Source: a virus (taxonomy: Duplodnaviria; Heunggongvirae; Uroviricota; Caudoviricetes). Taken from it: DNA of 64,000 nt. Each line of letters opens with the position of its first letter. Positions within the stretch are counted from its first letter, which is position 1. Position numbers and translations under genes: made by a program. The notes beneath the pieces were generated by a model. The model saw only the letters and a program-made list of their open reading frames with translations. It searched no databases and was not told where the DNA came from. Shown piece by piece: positions 49,174 through 59,000 of the stretch. The stretch lies in the IMG/VR virus record IMGVR_UViG_3300028591_000002, positions 110,718 to 174,717 of that record, one strand, 5' to 3'.

Positions 49174-49257
49174 GTACCGAGAATGAGACTCGAACTCACA
49201 CGGGCGCAATGCCCAAGGGATTTTAAGTCCCTCGTGTCTACCATTCCACCATCTCGG
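49174..49257 (-). tRNA. tRNA-Leu(TAA)
   Basis: Type II; anticodon arm aggga-ctTAAaa-tccct; long variable arm; T-arm gtgag-ttcgagt-ctcat. Confidence 0.85.
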
Positions 49258-49451
49258 CATTAAAAGCACTTAAAGAACATTTTACACCAGCCAGTGTCAA
49301 TTCACAGTTTCATCTCCACGTATGGAGAATGGTGTGTTTACAAACAATTTCAATTCGAGACTTATGTTACCTTGCATCTTTCACCTAATAAGGTAGATTT
49401 GGGAGTAGTTTACTTTTGTTTGCTAAGTGCTTTTTTATTTATTTTTTGTCA

Positions 49452-49751
49452 TTACATTTCAAATTTGAAGAATGCTTCGTAAGATTCATTGTAACCTGGT
49501 TTGTCATAAGTGACTTTCCAGCCTGCTTTGCGGTAATGTTCTTCTATATCAAGCCAATTATTATCATAAATAGTCTTTCGACGTGGTCTTGGATCATCTA
49601 TGTCATCGCTTGATATAATATCCATAATTTCATTTTGTCTAATTATAGCACTTTTACCATTCCATTTTTTTCGGATAAGTGCATTTACTGCATCGAAAAC
49701 AAAATCAGGAATTATATGCACTACTTCTTTAGGAGAAATTGGTTTTGACAT
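49452..49751 (-). CDS. hypothetical protein (MxxPISP family member 2)
   Basis: MSKPISPKEVV... Confidence 0.45.
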   Translation of the reverse strand: MSKPISPKEVVHIIPDFVFDAVNALIRKKWNGKSAIIRQNEIMDIISSDDIDDPRPRRKTIYDNNWLDIEEHYRKAGWKVTYDKPGYNESYEAFFKFEM

Positions 49752-49763
49752 TTTTTCTAAGAT

Positions 49764-50171
49764 TTAATTGAAAATACTAATATCAAAGAACAGACTAATA
49801 TAGACATCATCACCTGAAACACCACAGTTTATGACTAAACCACCAGTAGTAATGCAAGTACTCTTTTTTCCTTCTTTAAGGATAGTAAACATAGCGTGTT
49901 TAAAGAGTTCATCTATACACCTTAACAAATCTTCTTTTGTTGGAATTTTATTATCCCCTTGATTTGTATAGGCCCAAGTCCAGTTGACGTCGTTCATATA
50001 CTTGAGAACTCTTTTAAAGTTGAAGTACTTTTTAGCCTCTTCTAATTCTTCTTCAAACTTTTTAAAGAGTTTTAATTTTTCCCTTAAATAAAGTTCGTTG
50101 CAGTAGTCGTCCTCAAGTATAGCATTAAGACGATTTATTTCGTCTTGATGTTCTTGTTTCCAAAAATTCAT
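49764..50171 (-). CDS. hypothetical protein
   Basis: 135 aa ORF. Confidence 0.45.
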   Translation of the reverse strand: MNFWKQEHQDEINRLNAILEDDYCNELYLREKLKLFKKFEEELEEAKKYFNFKRVLKYMNDVNWTWAYTNQGDNKIPTKEDLLRCIDELFKHAMFTILKEGKKSTCITTGGLVINCGVSGDDVYISLFFDISIFN

Positions 50172-50187
50172 AATAAGTTATGTTTTT

Positions 50188-50430
50188 TTAATCAGATTTT
50201 GTTTTTCCGAATCGTTCTTGATATAACTTGAATTCATTTTCTAGAATACCAATACTTGCTTGTAATGGAATGTTAGTATACTTGTCTCCATCAGGCTGTA
50301 TTTGATGGATACAATCAGCAGCCATCCGTAAGGCACCTCTTAAAACGTCTATTATATATACATCCGAAGGAACGGCATTTGCAAATGCTTGATGTACTCT
50401 ATTAATTTTTTCTTCTTTTGAATTTTCCAT
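50188..50430 (-). CDS. hypothetical protein
   Basis: 80 aa ORF. Confidence 0.4.
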   Translation of the reverse strand: MENSKEEKINRVHQAFANAVPSDVYIIDVLRGALRMAADCIHQIQPDGDKYTNIPLQASIGILENEFKLYQERFGKTKSD

Positions 50431-50472
50431 ATTAATTTCTTAGAGTTATTACATAAGCCATTTGTACAAAAT

Positions 50473-51114
50473 TCATGATTTTCCCATTTTTTCTTTGAAT
50501 TCATTAACTAATTTTTCTGAGAATTCACTTCCAGAGGATGACCATATATCCCGTACAACAGAGCAAGCTTTATTCATCCACTCTTCCTCTTTGAGTTTAG
50601 AATCTTCAAGAATATGAAAATCCTTATTTATTACTTCAATAGGTTCACGAGATATATAATGAAAATTAGAAAGAATATATAAAGGACCATCAATAGAAAT
50701 TACTTTATATATTTCTTTTCCGTTAGTGATTACATCCTCTTCACAAAAATTAGTTTTCAACTTAAAGTTAGAATTTACTATAGATTCTGACCAAACAGAT
50801 TCTGTTTTATCTCTTTCTAGAACATATTTTATACCACCTTTCCCATTACTGTAATCTTTCACAATAAAGATTCCAAATTTATTAGTGATTTTATCACCAA
50901 TAGAATATTTAAATTTGTGGTAGTGAGATTCTAGATATTCTTCAGAAATTTCAAAAACTTTAAGAATATACTTTTCTTCTTTGGCTTTATAGAATCTTCT
51001 ATACCCTTCACCAATATATGACCCTAATACTTTAAGAATAAAGAAGCCATCTGTGATTATATCACCTGCTTGGAATTTGGGATCATTAATTAATATTTCG
51101 TCTGTTTCTCTCAT
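50473..51114 (-). CDS. hypothetical protein
   Basis: 213 aa ORF. Confidence 0.45.
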   Translation of the reverse strand: MRETDEILINDPKFQAGDIITDGFFILKVLGSYIGEGYRRFYKAKEEKYILKVFEISEEYLESHYHKFKYSIGDKITNKFGIFIVKDYSNGKGGIKYVLERDKTESVWSESIVNSNFKLKTNFCEEDVITNGKEIYKVISIDGPLYILSNFHYISREPIEVINKDFHILEDSKLKEEEWMNKACSVVRDIWSSSGSEFSEKLVNEFKEKMGKS

Positions 51115-51271
51115 TACTTTGTCTTTTTTTAAAGAGTGGCTTCGAGCGACTTTATCTCTACTTCAATACAGTGTGTTCTAAACTAATATTTTCACAACCG
51201 TATACTCGGTATCAAGCCTCACTCTTTTTGGATTACAAACTTAAGTAAAAAAATTCTTAATCCAAATGAAT

Positions 51272-51532
51272 TTAAGATTTTTTCACTTTTTGACGGTATG
51301 CCTCATAAGCATTTGAAATCTTGCCAATATAGATTGGCTTACTTCCAAATGCATACTGATTTTTACCTGAGGTCTCAATTACCTTAAATTCAAGGCATTG
51401 GTGGAACATAGAGTTGTGTTTTGGGAAACCTGCTCCATACACAACTTTTTCCATCTCTTTTCGAGATAGAATTTTTGTTCCAATAACTTGTCGTTGCTTA
51501 TTAAGAGCAATCGTTGTATCTATTAACTTCAT
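51272..51532 (-). CDS. hypothetical protein
   Basis: 86 aa ORF. Confidence 0.4.
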   Translation of the reverse strand: MKLIDTTIALNKQRQVIGTKILSRKEMEKVVYGAGFPKHNSMFHQCLEFKVIETSGKNQYAFGSKPIYIGKISNAYEAYRQKVKKS

Positions 51533-51619
51533 GGTTAGATGAAAATTAAAATCAAAATAATTAATAAATCGAGGAGAATTCCCCCTTTGACATCTTCATT
51601 CATATTAATATTTTGATTA

Positions 51620-51952
51620 TTATTTTTTATACTTTTTTATTAACTCTGCAATATCACTTCCCAAAAGTATTAGAAAAAATGGGGATAATATGATAGAAAA
51701 TGGGATAGCTAATACAACTACCCAGAATTTATCTCCAGAATTCCCTATAAGTCTTTCATGCATATAGGGAATTCCGAACATTAAATATATTACAAGTAGA
51801 GCTATTGTCATAAATTTTTCCAAATATAAGCAAATCCTATTCCCAACATTATAGGGCAAAGGATTGGCCCAAGTATTAAAGAAAATAATGACACAATAAA
51901 AAAAGAGCCACAATTTGAGCTGTCTCCTGCGAATACTTCTACCGTGAAGCAC
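51620..51952 (-). CDS. hypothetical polytopic membrane protein
   Basis: several TM helices. Confidence 0.4.
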   Translation of the reverse strand: MLHGRSIRRRQLKLWLFFYCVIIFFNTWANPLPYNVGNRICLYLEKFMTIALLVIYLMFGIPYMHERLIGNSGDKFWVVVLAIPFSIILSPFFLILLGSDIAELIKKYKK

Positions 51953-51955
51953 ACG

Positions 51956-52300
51956 CTAAACAAATAATAGGCGAGCAGAAGTGCTACTACAAAGATTGTG
52001 ATAATCATGTTTATCATAGGATTGTTTCTTTAACTTATCACGCACTTCCTTAGGCACATACTTCTTCTTACCTTGGAAGTCATAATAGTAATAACCACCT
52101 CGACTACCTTTGTAGATAGGATATCTTCTACCATCTACTTCGATAGTAAAAGAAGTTTTAGTTTCGTTGGATTTCTCTTTACTTTTTTCAGTAGATTTCT
52201 CCACTTTGAAAGTGCTACCAATCTGCGTTACTTTTTGTGTTTGTGCACTTACACAAAGACTGGAAAGTAACATAACCAGCATAAAGATGATCTTTCTCAT
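51956..52300 (-). CDS. hypothetical secreted protein
   Basis: signal peptide, Lys-rich. Confidence 0.4.
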   Translation of the reverse strand: MRKIIFMLVMLLSSLCVSAQTQKVTQIGSTFKVEKSTEKSKEKSNETKTSFTIEVDGRRYPIYKGSRGGYYYYDFQGKKKYVPKEVRDKLKKQSYDKHDYHNLCSSTSARLLFV

Positions 52301-52369
52301 GTTGTTTTATTTTTTAAAGATAAAGAGTAATACTTTTGGCTTTCAGTTCTTTTTGAATCTCCTGAGGGT

Positions 52370-52669
52370 TTACTTTTGCCATGTTTCAATCCATTCTTTC
52401 TCCTTTGTTTGTATTTGTTCTTCTAATTCTTTCGAATGAGAATTAACCCAACTTTTTAGTTTTTCAAAATCGTTGGTCTCAAACAAAGGTTTTTCGATAG
52501 AACACATCTTTTTCATTACTGCATAAGTAGCAGTAATTACTCCATTGTTGTTCCTAAAGAATGTATATAGTACCCAATCAGAGAATACCATATTGGAGGT
52601 TCCTAACAAATAATCGCTTTTCGCTAAGTATTCTGTAGCTAAAGCATGAGAGTTTAATTCTAGTTTCAT
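52370..52669 (-). CDS. hypothetical protein
   Basis: 99 aa ORF; preceded by a conserved ~200-nt leader repeat (see findings). Confidence 0.4.
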   Translation of the reverse strand: MKLELNSHALATEYLAKSDYLLGTSNMVFSDWVLYTFFRNNNGVITATYAVMKKMCSIEKPLFETNDFEKLKSWVNSHSKELEEQIQTKEKEWIETWQK

Positions 52670-52682
52670 GATTGATGGGGTT

Positions 52683-52880
52683 TAATTGTGTTTTACGCCT
52701 AAAACTTATAACCTGTATAGGAAATCTCGACGGCCCCCAACTCACTTAATGGATGGGATATTTAAGATTTTACATAAGAAAAACTGGCGTCCTCAACATC
52801 TTGGAAATCTCCATGCAGGCAGTATCCTGCGCTTCTCTTTTTGATTAGGAGATATTTTATATTGAGTTTTTAAAATGATT
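52683..52880 (-). promoter_or_regulatory. conserved ~200-nt 5' leader, copy 1 (contains hairpin gttttacgcctaaaac immediately upstream of the start codon)
   Basis: Shares the blocks ttttac(g/a)cctaaaactta, aactggcgtcctcaac...cttggaaa and tt(g/t)tattgagttttt(t)aa with 54960-55170. Confidence 0.45.
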
Positions 52881-52899
52881 CAGTAAAAAGCTTTCCGCA

Positions 52900-53130
52900 T
52901 AAAAAACCCAAATCTCATGATATGGATCCGAAATCATCATGATTTTTTTGTTTTTGCCATTATTTATAGTCCCAGAAAAACCCAATAAGGACTAGAGAAA
53001 ATGGTTCGGTAAAAGCATTATGCATGAAACCCGAACCCCCATGAATTATTCGAAACTATCATGATTTTTTGTCTTTACTGTGTTTTATAGTCCCAGAAAG
53101 ACCAAAGAAGACTCCTGCAGAGGAGGAGAT
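52900..53130. repeat. two tandem ~110-nt direct repeats
   Basis: ...catgatttttttgtttttgccattatttatagtcccagaaaaacccaataagg... vs ...catgattttttgtctttactgtgttttatagtcccagaaagaccaaagaag... Confidence 0.5.
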
Positions 53131-54360
53131 GCTTACAATAACTCTACTATTAGAAGAGAATGACTCTTAACACCATAGTAGCAGTTAATAAGGAGGATGT
53201 TTTTCTATAGGCGGCTATGTTCTTCCTGCTATTTGATGTTATCTCACAGGCCTTTTTTTACTTTCCTATAGAATCCGTTTCGTCTTAATTTGCAAAGACT
53301 CTTCAGGGAGCATCTACACTCCGACGGAAGAAAATTTCAAAGGGAAGAACTGTTTTAAATACACAGTTCTCCCCTTTCACGCGTGCCATATTTTACTTTC
53401 TCTTGAAGCAAATATGATTATACAACAAGTACAATCTCCTCAGATGATTGTTACTTTATTCTTAGCCTTGCAATCGACTAAAAATACACTACTCTTAGTA
53501 GTGGTCTCAAGCTAGTTTCGAGACTATTGCACCTAACCCTCTTGGCAAGTTAGAATCTCGCCAGTGTTAAAGAGAATTACTGGACTTTATTATTCAAATC
53601 TTTTACTGGAGCTATCAGTAATTAATTCTAGCGTGTGTTTGTCTGGAACACGCATCCTTCCATAGATAGTTCTCTATCGACGATTCCACCAGGCATTTTT
53701 GAACATTATACAAATAGTCTTGTATTGACCAAATGCTCAATAGCCTATCCCCTCGTGGACTTGGTGGAAAATTTCAGCTGATTTAAGTCGGTCAAAACTA
53801 TAGTGCTTTTAAAAAAAATGAAAAAATTTAAAATGCACTTAGGGTTTTGTGCGAACCCATTAAAATTAAAATACCATAATATTTGGAGGATAGATTAATG
53901 CCTTCTTGCCCACTATTAGGTAGTTTAGAATTTAAAAGGGAGAACATTACTGCTCTCCCTCTTCCCCCATCACCAACCTATATTATTACAGGGTAGATTG
54001 GTTCCCTATTTAAGGTGAGAAGTTTGGTATTCTCCCCTGGACTCTAGCCAGACCAATGGTTCATTGACTTACAATTATACCATCAACTTAGCACCCCTTT
54101 ACTCAAGAGGGGAAACTAAGAGCCACTATGTGAGTGAGTATCACACGCCCATCCTTCCAACACTGGGAATCCGCGTAGCAACGTTTGCACGGAAGGACTA
54201 CAACTATTTGTAGCTGTTATATGCAAACTGATATTGTTCTCTCCGCCAGAATCGGACTGGGCTTATTTTTTTCGAAGTTCCTCACCCAAGGTTTCATTAG
54301 AACTACGGGAAGCTACACCACAACTTCCTGAGAGAGAGTTTAACTTTTAAAAGTTTCCAG

Positions 54361-54390
54361 AATAAAAAAGCTCCCTCACGGTTTGGGAGC
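54361..54390 (-). terminator. rho-independent terminator (minus strand)
   Basis: agctccc-tcacggttt-gggagct hairpin with A8 on the plus side (U-run on the minus transcript). Confidence 0.6.
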
Positions 54391-54738
54391 TGTTCCAAAC
54401 ATTTGAACACGACCTCTTACAATGTACAAAGAAGGTAGTTTGGGCACTACGATACTAATATGCTGGCACACAAAAGTATTACGGAATCATCTTACTGCCA
54501 GATAAGATGAAACATTGTCCTATATTTCAAGGGAATTTACTCCTTGTCACTAACCGTAGAACTCAGATTTTTTTATTATCCAGTTAAATAGTGTGATGCT
54601 ATAAAACTTTAAGTGTATTCACCTTATTTTACATCGAATGATACACCTCGATGTTCCAGCTCGCGAACTGGATTTTGAGAGTTTTAGATACACTCCCGTT
54701 TAACACACATACTTTTCGGCAATCCAATACGGCTTTCC

Positions 54739-54951
54739 TTATGTGTGTTCTATAACCCATTTTGAACCATCCCATTTTACTGGCTTAGCACCATCGCTGA
54801 TGCCTGCGTATGTGCAGTTTACAGAATCTGATCCGTAACGGAAACAATCTGCACAATAGCATTTGCCATTATCTGGGTCAAAACATCCGTTGCCGTCATA
54901 GACATGGATAATTTTCCCATCTTGGTTAGTCCATCCCATATAATTTGCCAT
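54739..54951 (-). CDS. small Cys-rich protein (70 aa)
   Basis: MANYMGWTNQDGK...8 Cys; preceded by the conserved leader copy 2 and followed by ~340 nt of 3' UTR and the terminator. Confidence 0.4.
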   Translation of the reverse strand: MANYMGWTNQDGKIIHVYDGNGCFDPDNGKCYCADCFRYGSDSVNCTYAGISDGAKPVKWDGSKWVIEHT

Positions 54952-54959
54952 ATTTCACC

Positions 54960-55170
54960 ATAATGCGTTTTACACCTAAAACTTATTCTTTCTCATATCT
55001 GGGTATGCATCATGCAGACAGCCCGACCCGTCAATTGGAAGGAACTTAATCCTTACAACCCAATTGCTCATAGGCGAATAAGAAACTGGCGTCCTCAACG
55101 ACTTGGAAACATACATAATTTCGGTAATCCAATACTATATATGCTTTTGTATTGAGTTTTTTAATTCTTA
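54960..55170 (-). promoter_or_regulatory. conserved ~200-nt 5' leader, copy 2 (hairpin gttttacacctaaaac)
   Basis: Same conserved blocks as 52683-52880. Confidence 0.45.
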
Positions 55171-56461
55171 TAGATAATTAAATTAAGGCTGAGTGTTGAC
55201 CTTTAATGCTGTCTTTTCTATCTTTTTCAAGAATATCACACACCTAGGATTAGTAGGTAGACAACATACGGACTAGTTTTTGATAACTAGCTATCACTAC
55301 TCTCATATTATGTAGATTACTAGCTCGCTCATGGTGCTTGCGGCCAAACAGGATGCCTCCTGAACCCAGATGAGTCTACTTTCACCTTTACATTTTCCTT
55401 GCGGTACTCATGTAATCCACGTATTTCAGTGGAACAACCGTATTTTCATACGAGAGTGTACAACACTTTTGCTAACTAATGTTTTTTACAAATTAAATGC
55501 ACCAAATGCACTTTTTGTTTGCGTATAACTTTAATTAGAGCTTTGCCTGGAAGATGTGGTTGTACTTGTCACCATACTGGCTTTTGACCAGCTACAGGTG
55601 CGACACCTCCCTGTTTTCTTCTGCCACGAATACTCACTTTTAATAGTTTTATTTATCCTACCATTTCTGACTCAAGTAACCAGCTGAAGCCTCTTATTGG
55701 TTAAGAGATAGGACATTACTATTAAATTATATACTCTATTGGACTGGCAATCCTTTGGAGTATATTTATACCATATATTGTCGATGTTACCATCCAAGGT
55801 AGGTTAGCAAGACCCACCGTATACCTCTTCAACTCTGCCCGAGTATCCCAAGATATACTCATATGATATAGCTTTCAGGTGGACATTTGTTTACACAAAT
55901 GCGCATACTCTTTCTAAAGGAGCACACTTTATAGCATTACTGCTTTATCCTAAAGACACGAAGCCTGCCTCTCCATCATCCTTCACATTAATTCCGTAGA
56001 ATTGTGTGCCGACTACTTTGGACTTGTCGGGTGTAGATTTAAGAGGTTGTTCCCCCAAAAATTGAGGGAACTTATCGATTCTAGATTGTAGAAGGTATGG
56101 CAATCCACGCCATATCTCCATACTTAAGAGTTTTTCTCACAACAAATGTTGGAGGTTTTTCTTCTGATTTTAGCAATTTGTTTAGGACGTTTCGGTGTAT
56201 CCACAATAAACGTCCATTTTGTTGGAAACAAATGCTATTCCTCGACATTCTAATGATGTTCAAAGGAAAGTGGATTTCGATTATTTCCATTTTGCAAAAT
56301 GTATATTTTCGGTGTTTTGAAATATTTTTTTAGGAAAAAAAGTGGAAATTTCTGGGGGAGGATAACAGTACCAACAACCGACACTGTCCACTCAGAAATT
56401 TCCAAGAGGAATTTTCAGAAGAGAAATGATATTCTAATCAAAATCTCTCCTGAAAATAGTT

Positions 56462-56911
56462 TTACTGACGGATAATTTGAAACCATCCATTCTCCTCAGC
56501 AGTTGAAACAGGAACAGTACAAGACTCCTCATACTCGAAAACACGAGTAATAGTAAGCTTGCCATTATTATCATGATTATACCCGCCGTCATACTTACTT
56601 CTTGCTGCATCAGCCTCTTCCTGAGACTCAAAGTATTTAGTATAACCTTCAATGTAGGTGATACGGATGTTAGTTCTGTCGTCAGACAACTTTGCTCCAA
56701 GTAGCTTGATGCATTTCTCGTTCTTATTGAGATTAGCTTCAACAGCCCCTCTAGGATTAATGGTTTTAATAGCAGTTGCTATTCCCATAACCAAAGACTC
56801 TAATGCATCCTCTCCGGCTTGGCCCAATGAAAATACTGAGGCCAATCTGTCCTCGAAACGCATATTTTCCTTTGCCTGACCAATAATGAATCTTGCTAAT
56901 GACTTTCTCAT
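56462..56911 (-). CDS. hypothetical protein (GC-richer island)
   Basis: 149 aa ORF with codon composition distinct from the rest of the window. Confidence 0.5.
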   Translation of the reverse strand: MRKSLARFIIGQAKENMRFEDRLASVFSLGQAGEDALESLVMGIATAIKTINPRGAVEANLNKNEKCIKLLGAKLSDDRTNIRITYIEGYTKYFESQEEADAARSKYDGGYNHDNNGKLTITRVFEYEESCTVPVSTAEENGWFQIIRQ

Positions 56912-57201
56912 TGTAATTTCCTCCTTATTTTAGTTGGTTAAAATTCAGTTAATTTGGCAACTATGCGACGAATGTCGACCGCCCACCCACGTGAAGGTGT
57001 TGCCGTGTGGACGATTTTAGAGACCACTGTCTCAGGGAATTTCAACCCATTGTTTCACTCTAATTTCTAGACGAGGATTAAATAATACCTCGCCTAGAAC
57101 TATGAAGTCTCCCGACTTTTTGGGAAGGTTCTTGCCGAGTAAAAGGAAAGACCGCCCATCAACAGACAATCTTTTACCTTTTACTTTGCCCCTGACAGTT
57201 G

Positions 57202-57753
57202 TCAGGAAAGCTTGCAGCATGGAACTTTTACCTTGCGAACTCCCACGATTTCACCGTCACGCCAACGAGCGGACTGCACCTCAGGGGTGTTGGTAATCTC
57301 GAGAGTGTGATCGGCCAACAGCTCGATCACTTCTTTCTCTGTAGGTGACGCCATAACGGCCTCATAGAACTTCTTTTCGTCAGTGTCTCCGAGTGTACCA
57401 GCATTCTCAGCAGAGCCAGTTGGCTCAGCACTATCATTGTATACTGGCACACTCTTGTAGAGTGAGTTCAAGTATACGCCCTTAGCACCGCCATTGGCCA
57501 TAGGAAGCGAGATACAGGTGTACGTACGAGAATTGAAATTCACCTGATAGAGAAGATTCTTCAACTCGTCAAGAGTAGGAATCACAAACTTGTCTCCCTT
57601 ACGCAAGGTGGACAGGGAAACGTCAGTGATAGACTTGTTACCAAGCCCATCATAAATTGTGCTGCCACTTTGCTGGTTGGTACCAGCTGTCATACGCTTT
57701 CTCAAATTCTCAGCGGCAGATTTCTGAGAAGCGTTCAATGTAATTTTCGACAT
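57202..57753 (-). CDS. hypothetical protein (GC-richer island)
   Basis: 183 aa ORF. Confidence 0.5.
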   Translation of the reverse strand: MSKITLNASQKSAAENLRKRMTAGTNQQSGSTIYDGLGNKSITDVSLSTLRKGDKFVIPTLDELKNLLYQVNFNSRTYTCISLPMANGGAKGVYLNSLYKSVPVYNDSAEPTGSAENAGTLGDTDEKKFYEAVMASPTEKEVIELLADHTLEITNTPEVQSARWRDGEIVGVRKVKVPCCKLS

Positions 57754-57909
57754 ATACGAAATACATTTAAATTAAACATACACATAACACACACATACAA
57801 CTGCAATACATAGCCTGCAGCCGTATACATATTAGATTGTTTTACATTTGGCTACATATTCGAACCCCAATGGGTCGCCGAAGCAACCCAAGAGGTAAAA
57901 AAGTGGAGG

Positions 57910-58392
57910 CTATGCCTCCACGAAAGTAAGTGCAGATGCAGGGTAAGTTCGATTTTCCCATCTACCCACATAAGACAAACGAGCAACACGCCAACGTTGA
58001 GTAGCAGGTTTTGCACCTAAATAAGTGCAAACACTTGCATTTGTTCTATCTTCATTTCTTCTTTGCGGAAGTGCTCCCGTGAGTTCGTGAATTTCTCCCA
58101 TAGCATCCACCACACTAACAGACTTGAAAAGTCCAAGCGTAGCGTTAAATTCAACACCGTTTTGATTTTTCACTCGGACGGTGTAGTTGAGATTTTCAGA
58201 ACGAACACCGTCAAGAGTATATTCCTGAGCGTTGCACATAATCGTGCCGTCAGAGTTCCTTACGAGTTCTATTGTGTCGTTTGCTGCAAACGGACACGAA
58301 GAACGTTTTTGTGCGTCGGTATTCTGAACACCCGCACAAAAGTCAGCCCAAGTAATTTGCTTTAACTGACCTGTTAATTGAAACTTTGCCAT
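57910..58392 (-). CDS. hypothetical protein (GC-richer island)
   Basis: 160 aa ORF. Confidence 0.5.
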   Translation of the reverse strand: MAKFQLTGQLKQITWADFCAGVQNTDAQKRSSCPFAANDTIELVRNSDGTIMCNAQEYTLDGVRSENLNYTVRVKNQNGVEFNATLGLFKSVSVVDAMGEIHELTGALPQRRNEDRTNASVCTYLGAKPATQRWRVARLSYVGRWENRTYPASALTFVEA

Positions 58393-58489
58393 AATAAAAG
58401 GATTTAGAGTGAAACATTGTGGCAGAGCCGACTCGACGAGCCACCCTACCTATTACTATAGATTTTACTTACGAATTGACTACTTTTTC

Positions 58490-58522
58490 CTTACGCTGAC
58501 CCCCGGGGGGTCTAAGCGTAAG
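58490..58522. promoter_or_regulatory. large imperfect palindrome in a divergent intergenic region (candidate operator or origin element)
   Basis: cttacgctgaccccc|ggggggtctaagcgtaag. Confidence 0.4.
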
Positions 58523-58570
58523 TGTACTCTCTCCCTCGTAATTTTCAAAAAAAATTTTCTTTCTGGAATA

Positions 58571-58579
58571 GGGGGGGGG
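58571..58579. repeat. G9 homopolymer
   Basis: ggggggggg in an otherwise AT-rich intergenic region. Confidence 0.6.
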
Positions 58580-58658
58580 ATTAAGAATTGTTAACATCTA
58601 TTAACTTGTATTTAAGATTGACAAATACTATCTTTGTTTCAGTTAAAATAAAAAAGTT

Positions 58659-59000
58659 ATGAATGAAAAAGAATTAATAAAAGCGGTAATTGCACTTCTA
58701 AAATTAAATTTAGAAGAGCATACTTCAGTTAATGACAATGGAACTGAATATAGTGTAGATTTGATAGTGAAGGACAACAAATTAGACCTTCATATAGAAA
58801 AAAGAGAAGATGAATTTGAAAATTGGGTTAAAACACTTGATGACGAATTATTTCAAAATGCTTTAGAAAGAACAGTAGAAGCCTTTGATGTAGATACAGT
58901 TTCTGAAATTGAAGATAAAGAAGAATTAAAAAATGTATTTAAAAATATGGTTTCAAAGATTGCTACTGAAAGAATTGAACAATTAAAGCAATATGTTTAA
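58659..59000 (+). CDS. hypothetical acidic protein
   Basis: 113 aa ORF; one of the few plus-strand genes. Confidence 0.5.
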   Translation: MNEKELIKAVIALLKLNLEEHTSVNDNGTEYSVDLIVKDNKLDLHIEKREDEFENWVKTLDDELFQNALERTVEAFDVDTVSEIEDKEELKNVFKNMVSKIATERIEQLKQYV

